In this document: one piece after another, positions 8,886 to 15,205 of the stretch
How the letters are laid out: every line of letters begins with the position of its first letter
Position numbering within the stretch: the stretch's first letter is position 1
Source of the DNA: an uncultured Coriobacteriia bacterium
GTDB lineage: Bacteria > Actinomycetota > Coriobacteriia > Coriobacteriales > QAMH01
DNA: 48,155 nt
Reading direction: 5' to 3'
NCBI GenBank assembly: GCA_902478425.1
Contig: CABSKV010000002.1
Span: 1-48,155 of the forward strand
Translations under genes and position numbers: made by a program
Notes under the pieces: model-generated
Database searches by the model: none
Told to the model about the DNA's origin: nothing
Seen by the model: the letters and a program-made list of their open reading frames with translations, nothing else

Positions 8886-9809
8886 CTACCTGATGTGCCC
8901 CTCGGTTTCCTCCGGCTCGTGCGCGAAGGCGTCGGCGCCATCCTCCACGTCGTCGAGGTACTGGCGCGGGTCGTGGTTCTCGTTGGGTGCGGCATGTGGC
9001 TTGAGCCCCAGGAAGTCCGCCCACTGCAAGACGCGCTTGGGCACGTAGATGCCGGTCTGGTACTCGGACGCGGTGCGCAGCGCACGTGCGCACGACAGGC
9101 AATGCGCGAGGTCCTCCACCTCGTCAACATCGGCAACCGGCGCGAGGTAGGCGTTGGGGATGCCCTCCTCGACGAGCTTCTCGACATAGCCGTCGAGCGC
9201 GGGGCGACCGGTCATGTTGTAGTAGATGCCCTGGTGGTTGATGGGCGTGTCGAAGTTGAAGCCGACGAGCGAGGTGCCACACTCCTGGCACGGCGCCTGC
9301 ACGAAGCCGGGCGTGCCGAGCACCTCGGCAAAGTAGATGAGCCACTGGAACGCCTGCGTGACATGCGCACGCGGTAGCGTCGGAATGTCGGCGCCGATGG
9401 AGACGATGGCCTCGTAGCCCTGGTCGAAGATCTCCTTGAACGCCATGTCGAAGTGGTCGTCGAAGGTGGCGCCGCGGTCGTACATGTAGTGGATCTCGCG
9501 CGGCCACTGTCCGATCTCCTCAATCGTCTCCTTCATGAGGGCGACGTTCTTCTCGGGCGTGGTCGAGATGAAGAGGTCGTAGCTGCGCTCGGGCGCACCC
9601 GGGTCTGCCTTGCGCTCCTCGCGGTTGAGCGCCTCGAGGTCATCCATGCACCACATCGCGAGCTCGGTCACGTCCCACAGGCTGCGCTTGAAGAACTGGG
9701 CAGCCTGCTCCTGGGTGAAGCCGCCACCGCGCTCGATGGTGAGGCGCGTCTTGACCAGGCCGGGAATCGGCGGCTTGGAGAAGATGAGGATCGCGTACTT
9801 CTTCTGCAT
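8886..9809 (-). CDS. DUF2064-like (MobA/CofC-fold) putative nucleotidyl/glycosyl transferase
   Basis: I place the start at MQKKYAILIFSKPPIPGLVKTRL (ATG 9809). The RBS AAGAAGGAG lies inside the end of the upstream gene. The N-terminal motif matches the DUF2064 signature (aKaP.pG.vKTRL). Confidence 0.7.
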   Translation of the reverse strand: MQKKYAILIFSKPPIPGLVKTRLTIERGGGFTQEQAAQFFKRSLWDVTELAMWCMDDLEALNREERKADPGAPERSYDLFISTTPEKNVALMKETIEEIGQWPREIHYMYDRGATFDDHFDMAFKEIFDQGYEAIVSIGADIPTLPRAHVTQAFQWLIYFAEVLGTPGFVQAPCQECGTSLVGFNFDTPINHQGIYYNMTGRPALDGYVEKLVEEGIPNAYLAPVADVDEVEDLAHCLSCARALRTASEYQTGIYVPKRVLQWADFLGLKPHAAPNENHDPRQYLDDVEDGADAFAHEPEETEGHIR

Positions 9810-9814
9810 GGGTG

Positions 9815-12034
9815 CTACTCCTTCTTTCTGATGCGGCATGGAATGCCGTTGTAAATCCACGTCCCGATAAGCGGCTCGCGCGCGCCCTCGACGGTGCCAC
9901 GCGTGAGCAGGTTGATGTTCGACTCAAAGCATTTCCCGAAGTCAGGTTCGTCTTCGACTGTCTCAGGGTACCACCATCCGTATTCAGCCGATGCGACATC
10001 GTCAAGCATATTCGTGATATGCACGTATTGGAGTACCTCAACGTCCGGTGTGTCCTGGCGCGAGATGAGGCAGGCATCGCCCTCGGCGAGCCCCAGGCGC
10101 TCGGCCGTCGCAGCCGACATCTCGACGGTCGGCTGCGGGTGACGTGCGCGCATGGAGGGCACCTCGAAGTACGAGGAAGCCCAATACGGCTGCTTGCGCG
10201 CGCCCGTGATGAGCGTGACGCAATCGTCTTCGTGGCATACGTCCTCGTGCACACCGGCAACGGGCGTGAACTGCGCGACCAACCCGGCACCGCGTCGCTG
10301 CAAGAACGGGATGGCGAGCTCGACCTTGCCGCTTTCGGTCGCAAAACCGCGCGGCTCGCCGGTCGCCTCGTCGATCTCGAGATGCTTGAAGTAGTGCGCT
10401 CCCCCACCGCATATGCCGGTGATGGTGAAGTCCTCCCAGCTCATGCCCGTGGGCGCGATGGTGCGCGCAAGCTCTTCGGTGAGGTCGCGGGCAGGCCACA
10501 GTGTTTCGTCGCAGCCCATGCGCAACGCCAGCTCGCGCAAGATCTCGTAATCTTCGCGACGCTCGAACTGCGGCTCGACGGCAGCCGGTCCGCCGTAGCA
10601 GAAGTCGGAGACGCCTCCCATCGCCTGGAAGCAGGGATGCTCGACGGCGGCAGCCGCAGGCAAGACGTAATCGGCCATGAGGGCCGTGGGCGTCATGACG
10701 AATTCGAGCACGACGACGAGGTCCATCGCCTCGAGCGCCTTGGTGACGAGCTGCGTATCGGCGTAGGTGACGAGCGGATTGGCGCCATCGACGATGAGCG
10801 CGCTCACGCGATAGGGCTTGCCGGTGATGGCGGCCTCCCACACGCGCTGCGGCAGCGCAGAGGTGAGATAGCGCATGGGCAGATGGCGTCCCAGCTTGCC
10901 GGTACGCTCGTCGGCGAGCGCCCAGCCCTTGTAACTCTGTATTCCGCAGTCGGGCTCGTTGAGGCCATGGGCACGAGCCTCGGCAGACAGCAGCGCGCTA
11001 TCCTCGAGCTCGAGCTCGCTCATGAAACTCGGCGCCTCGTTGAGCACGCAGCCGCCGGGCACGTCGACGTTTCCGGCGATGGCGCGCAGCGCGGCGATGA
11101 CGCGGTGCAGTGGCGCGGTGTTGGGGCCGATCTGGTCCACGCCACGTCCCGAAAGCAGGCCGGCCGGCTTGCTCGTCGCGTACATGCGGGCAGCCGCACG
11201 TATGTCATCGACGCTCACCTGCGTGATGCGGGCAGCCTCGTCGAGCGTGCGCTCGAAGGCAGCGGCCTTGAACTCGTCAAAGCCATAACACCAGTCCTCG
11301 ACGAACTCGTGGTCGTAGAGGTCTTCCTCGATGATGACACGCGCGAGCGCGTAGGCGAGGACAAGGTCCGTACCGGGGAAAGGCGCAAGCCACAGCGTCG
11401 CCTTGGCCGCCGTCATCGACAGGCGTGTGTCGATGACGATGAGCTTGCCGCCGTTGCGCGCGTATTCGGCGATGTTGCGCCAGAACAGCGAGTTGTCCGA
11501 CTCAGCCGGATTGGTGCCCCATAGCATGAGGCATTCGGTGAGGTCGGGCCTGAAGTCGCACTCGACCGACCAGCCGTAAGTCATCGTGTCCATCCATATG
11601 CGCGGGTTCCAGCATATCGGGCCGATGCCCATGTTGTTGGGACTGCCGATGAAGCTCATGAAGCGATGCAGCGGCCAGTACACCGCATGCGGCCCGCCGA
11701 TGGCGCTTGCCACCGTCCAGGGGCCGTAGGCGTCAATGAGCAGGCGCAGGCGCGACGCGATATCGTCGAGCGCCTCGTCCCAGCTCACGCGGATGAAGCC
11801 ACCGCCACCACGCGCACCCAGGCGCTTGAGCGGGTAGTTGACGCGCGTGTCCTCGTCATAGAGCTTCTCGAGGTTGAGCTGCCAGCGCGGGCACCGGGCG
11901 GCCACACTCACGTCGTACGGATAGCGCGTCGCGTCCGGCGTGAAGTCGACGACGCGCCCGTCTTCGAGCGTCGCGTCGAACGCGCACAGATAGCCGCAGT
12001 AATGGCAGTTGGTTTTACGAGTCTCGGTAGTCAT
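9815..12034 (-). CDS. Molybdopterin (bis-MGD) oxidoreductase, soluble, no signal peptide
   Basis: 739-aa ORF. The N-terminus has the CHYCGYLC...C [4Fe-4S] motif and no RRxFLK twin-arginine motif. Molybdopterin and molydop-binding regions are present (LMLWGTNPAESD, MTPTALMADYVLP). It is a paralog of the gene at 15206..18091. Confidence 0.9.
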   Translation of the reverse strand: MTTETRKTNCHYCGYLCAFDATLEDGRVVDFTPDATRYPYDVSVAARCPRWQLNLEKLYDEDTRVNYPLKRLGARGGGGFIRVSWDEALDDIASRLRLLIDAYGPWTVASAIGGPHAVYWPLHRFMSFIGSPNNMGIGPICWNPRIWMDTMTYGWSVECDFRPDLTECLMLWGTNPAESDNSLFWRNIAEYARNGGKLIVIDTRLSMTAAKATLWLAPFPGTDLVLAYALARVIIEEDLYDHEFVEDWCYGFDEFKAAAFERTLDEAARITQVSVDDIRAAARMYATSKPAGLLSGRGVDQIGPNTAPLHRVIAALRAIAGNVDVPGGCVLNEAPSFMSELELEDSALLSAEARAHGLNEPDCGIQSYKGWALADERTGKLGRHLPMRYLTSALPQRVWEAAITGKPYRVSALIVDGANPLVTYADTQLVTKALEAMDLVVVLEFVMTPTALMADYVLPAAAAVEHPCFQAMGGVSDFCYGGPAAVEPQFERREDYEILRELALRMGCDETLWPARDLTEELARTIAPTGMSWEDFTITGICGGGAHYFKHLEIDEATGEPRGFATESGKVELAIPFLQRRGAGLVAQFTPVAGVHEDVCHEDDCVTLITGARKQPYWASSYFEVPSMRARHPQPTVEMSAATAERLGLAEGDACLISRQDTPDVEVLQYVHITNMLDDVASAEYGWWYPETVEDEPDFGKCFESNINLLTRGTVEGAREPLIGTWIYNGIPCRIRKKE

Positions 12035-12042
12035 GACCCCAG

Positions 12043-12048
12043 ATTGTA
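12043..12048 (-). promoter_or_regulatory. Possible -10 box (TACAAT) 8 nt upstream of the ATG, implying a leaderless or near-leaderless mRNA
   Basis: The minus strand reads ...gcagTACAATctggggtcATG. There is no convincing -35 element and no properly spaced RBS. Confidence 0.3.
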
Positions 12049-12160
12049 CTGCATGTATCGGGCAAACACGCGCACTCTCCGGTTACAACACGGCGGCGGG
12101 GGAATAAGACAACGCCAACCCTGCCATTTCGAGCAGAGCGAAGATCTCTCTAGTCGGCGG

Positions 12161-12221
12161 GATGAGACGAAAGTGGCCGGGGCGGTGAGACAAAAGTCGC
12201 CGGGGCCACTTTCGTCTCATC
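12161..12221 (-). repeat. Three-part repeat/hairpin directly after the stop codon of the CCG protein gene
   Basis: An 18-bp perfect inverted repeat pairs GATGAGACGAAAGTGGCC (12161..12178) with GGCCACTTTCGTCTCATC (12204..12221). Between the arms lies a direct near-copy, GGTGAGACAAAAGTCGCC (12184..12201). No U-tract follows. Confidence 0.6.
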
Positions 12222-12226
12222 ACCCA

Positions 12227-13381
12227 TTAGTCGACGAGCGTGAGCTCCTCGCTCTCGGAAAGCTCCGCATATGCCGGGTCGGCAAAGAGCGCGTCAACGC
12301 TCGCGTACACCTGCCCCCAATCGACGGGGCAATCGAATACCTGCTCGAGGTAATGTTGCACGGGCGTGCTTCCCACGCCGCGCTGCAGCGAGTTGACACA
12401 CGAGAAGCAGGTCGACAGCACCCGGTCCGCGTCAACTCCGTCGATCTCGGCAAGGCGCATGTTGCGACGATACGCGCAGTAATCCGGCGCGTATACGCTC
12501 ACCATGCCACCGCCGCCGCAGCACAGGCTGTCACGCCCTTCGTGCGGCATGCTCTCAAGCGTGGCGTTTCCGAACAGCTTTCGCGCCGCATCGCCAAAGA
12601 AGCCCGAAGAGCGGTCGTAGCATGCATCGTGAAACGTGATCGTCTCTTCGCTCTCCGACGTCATGCCATGCTCGACAAGCAAATCGGGCAGTCGCACGAT
12701 CTCGATACCCATGCCCTCGACGAGCTGGGGCAACAGATGGTCGCAATGCGGACAAGTCACGACCAGGCGATCGATTTCCCTCTCGCGCAGAAAAGCCTGC
12801 ACGCGCTCGCGATAAGCGTCGTATTCGGCGTAGAAGCCAACATCGTAGAAAGTCGCTCCGCAGCAGATGAGCAGCGTGTAGGCGGCAATGCCCTCATCAC
12901 GCAGCCACTGCGAGACCTTGACGGTAAGTTCAGGTGCATATGCGTACAGCGCGCAACCCGGGAAAAACGCCGTGCGATCGGCATCGCCACCCAGGTTCGC
13001 CTCGCCCTGTATATAAGTGACATTGGTGATGTCCCCCGTATCATGGGCACGCAATGCCGAGAAGACGTTGTACTTGAGGTCCGTCCTGAACTTGCGATAC
13101 AAGGGCCTCAGCTCGGGCTTCTTCTCGAGCAGCAATGCCCTAAGCGGCTTGTTGGCACGAGAGGCGACCAGATCGACCGGGCAGTTAATCGTGCAGCGAT
13201 TGCACAGCGCGCAGGTGAAGGGTGCATACTCCCAGGTCTCCTCGCCGTTGAGGATGGACTCGCACAGTTCTCCGAGGTTGGGCTCACCGTTCGAGAAGTT
13301 GCCGCAATCGGTCTGCGCGCACAGGCCGCAGCGTATGCAGCTGTCGGAAAAGTCCTGCACGTCCTCCAGGGGATGATGCAT
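12227..13381 (-). CDS. HdrD/GlpC/GlcF-like iron-sulfur protein (2x[4Fe-4S] plus two CCG domains)
   Basis: 384-aa ORF containing CIRCGLCAQTDC, CALCNRCTINCP, and CCG-type motifs (FFPGCAL, CCGATF, FHDACY, CCGGGG). Confidence 0.85.
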   Translation of the reverse strand: MHHPLEDVQDFSDSCIRCGLCAQTDCGNFSNGEPNLGELCESILNGEETWEYAPFTCALCNRCTINCPVDLVASRANKPLRALLLEKKPELRPLYRKFRTDLKYNVFSALRAHDTGDITNVTYIQGEANLGGDADRTAFFPGCALYAYAPELTVKVSQWLRDEGIAAYTLLICCGATFYDVGFYAEYDAYRERVQAFLREREIDRLVVTCPHCDHLLPQLVEGMGIEIVRLPDLLVEHGMTSESEETITFHDACYDRSSGFFGDAARKLFGNATLESMPHEGRDSLCCGGGGMVSVYAPDYCAYRRNMRLAEIDGVDADRVLSTCFSCVNSLQRGVGSTPVQHYLEQVFDCPVDWGQVYASVDALFADPAYAELSESEELTLVD

Positions 13382-13425
13382 CTCGGGTCCTCTCTCGCGT
13401 CATGGTTTGCGACCGATTATACGCC

Positions 13426-13431
13426 AATGCG
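13426..13431 (-). promoter_or_regulatory. Possible -10 box (TATAAT) for the CCG protein gene
   Basis: The minus strand reads ggcgTATAATcgg, 44 nt upstream of ATG 13381 and downstream of the NrfD terminator. GAGAGAGGA serves as the RBS. Confidence 0.35.
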
Positions 13432-13454
13432 CCGAGAAGCCAGACTCCTGCATC

Positions 13455-13494
13455 AGCAAAAAGAAACCCCCGCTCCCATCGAGGGAACGGGGGT
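13455..13494 (-). terminator. Intrinsic terminator after the NrfD-like gene
   Basis: On the minus strand, ACCCCCGTTCCC-tcgat-GGGAGCGGGGGT forms a 12-bp stem with one mismatch, followed by TTCTTTTTGC. Confidence 0.7.
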
Positions 13495-13537
13495 CTCGCC
13501 AAACCTTGCGGTTCATGCATGCCAGGTGGCGCAAATC

Positions 13538-14629
13538 CTACTGAGCGCCGGTCATGGCAGGGTTGGGGCCGGAAGTCTGGTAGACCTCGTCCGGACCGTC
13601 AGCAGGTGCCTCGTCGGCAACCTCGCCGGCAGGCGTAACCCACGTCCAGTACTCCTTGCCAGCCTCCCAGTAATCCATGAAGTCCTGGTGGCTCTGGGGC
13701 AGGCGGGTGTAGTACTTGAGTTCGGCCGGGGTGACGCGACGCTGGTAGCTCCAGATGATCATGAAGCGCAGCAGGCAGCCACCCATGAGGGCGATGATTT
13801 GCGAGGCGTAGCCACCCACGCTCGTGATGTTGAGCAGGAACGGGATGACAAGACCGCAGCAAACCATGAGGCCCCAGAAGTAGCCAGCCCACTCACCGCA
13901 AACCCAGCGCTTGGCATGGGCCTTGGCGGTCTCGTTGGAGGCGCAGAACTGCAGCATCACGTAGAGCAGCAGCACGACAAGCTCGAGCGCGATGAGGATC
14001 GCGTCGGCGACATGCAGGATGTGACGCAGCTCCTCGGTGAGCAGCGCGGCCAGCGGCGTGGAGAGGTTGACCTGCAGCCACTCGGCCGGGAAGGGCCACA
14101 CGCCGATGCACATGGACAGCAGGGCCGCGCCGGTGGAGCAGCCGGACACCATGAAGAGCACGGGCAGAACCGGGGTGTTCCAGAACGGACGGGACTTCAT
14201 GCTGGAGAGCAGGACGCCCGTGTAGATCGTGACGCACAGGCCAAAGATGCCGGCGATGCCAAGCAGGACCTGAGCGCAGCCCTCATAGGGAATGAAGGGT
14301 AGGAACGTGAGCCAGGAGAGCTCCCAGAAAATGAAAAGCACGCCCGCGATCATCGAGATGGAGAGGAACACGGCACCCCATTTGATGACCGAGGTCCTCG
14401 TCACGAAGGCACGGTAGAAAATCCACGGCTGGCCAAGCTCGAAGACGAGCAGGCCGGTGCCAATGCCCAGGATGAGAAAGGCGATGAAGACGCCCCACAC
14501 GAGGGCACCGCTCGTCAGAGCGGATGGCGCGATGATCAATCCGACAACGGCGGCGGACGCCATCATGCCGCCACCAAGGCCGCCCAGGAAGAGGTAGAGG
14601 GCAATCGGCCAAATCCAGAACTGCTTCAC
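13538..14629 (-). CDS. NrfD/PsrC/DmsC-like polytopic membrane anchor subunit
   Basis: 363-aa ORF with about 8-9 TM helices and an N-terminus WPIALYLFLGGLGGG typical of the NrfD family. The GTG start overlaps the upstream stop as GTGA. Confidence 0.9.
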   Translation of the reverse strand: MKQFWIWPIALYLFLGGLGGGMMASAAVVGLIIAPSALTSGALVWGVFIAFLILGIGTGLLVFELGQPWIFYRAFVTRTSVIKWGAVFLSISMIAGVLFIFWELSWLTFLPFIPYEGCAQVLLGIAGIFGLCVTIYTGVLLSSMKSRPFWNTPVLPVLFMVSGCSTGAALLSMCIGVWPFPAEWLQVNLSTPLAALLTEELRHILHVADAILIALELVVLLLYVMLQFCASNETAKAHAKRWVCGEWAGYFWGLMVCCGLVIPFLLNITSVGGYASQIIALMGGCLLRFMIIWSYQRRVTPAELKYYTRLPQSHQDFMDYWEAGKEYWTWVTPAGEVADEAPADGPDEVYQTSGPNPAMTGAQ

Positions 14630-15189
14630 TGTGCCGTACCTCCTAAGTCGGGAATGTAGTAGATCATGGGCTCAGTACCAACCTCAGGATAGACTTGCTC
14701 GGTATAGTACGAGTTGACGAGCTTCGAGACCTCGCTGTTGGGGTCGTCGAGATCGCCGAAGGTACGGGCCTTCTGATGGCACGTCATGACGCAGAAGGGC
14801 TGTTCGCCCTCGCGCACGCGGTCCTTGCAGAAGGTGCACTTGCGGATGTAGCCCTCGTGCTCGTTCATATCGCGAGCGCCGTAGGGGCACGCATTCGCGC
14901 AGACCTTGCATCCCATGCACTGGGAAGGCTCAACCCACACGATGCCGTCGTCGTCCTGGCGGGAAGCGCCAGTCGGGCAGGCGGGCACGCAGGCGGGCTT
15001 GTCGCAGTGCATGCAGATGAGCGGCGTGAAGGTCATGTGAACATGGGGCCACACGCCCTCTGCTCCGTTGGAAACAACGGGATTGTAGATGATGTCAATG
15101 GGCAGCTCGTTCCAGGTGCGGCATGCGATGGTGCATGACGAGCAACCAATGCAACGACGCTGGTCCATAACCATTGCGTAACGGGTCAT
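14626..15189 (-). CDS. 4x[4Fe-4S] ferredoxin subunit (DmsB/PsrB-like)
   Basis: 187-aa ORF with a GGAGG RBS. Cluster motifs: CIGCSSCTIAC, CMHCDKPACVPACP, CMGCKVCANACP, CTFC. No signal peptide. Confidence 0.9.
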   Translation of the reverse strand: MTRYAMVMDQRRCIGCSSCTIACRTWNELPIDIIYNPVVSNGAEGVWPHVHMTFTPLICMHCDKPACVPACPTGASRQDDDGIVWVEPSQCMGCKVCANACPYGARDMNEHEGYIRKCTFCKDRVREGEQPFCVMTCHQKARTFGDLDDPNSEVSKLVNSYYTEQVYPEVGTEPMIYYIPDLGGTAQ

Positions 15190-15205
15190 TCCAGTCCTCC
15201 TCTCT

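Noticed and set aside
8860-9102. N-terminal extensions of several track ORFs: 7552..9102, 4753..6162, 8886..9860, 23278..24453, 24224..25780, 31701..34424, 34868..35917, 18412..19308 and 45038..45991.
   Set aside because: The extensions overlap the upstream gene or an intergenic region and are Arg/Pro-rich nonsense. A downstream Met with a good RBS coincides with the conserved N-terminus of the protein family. I trimmed the starts accordingly.
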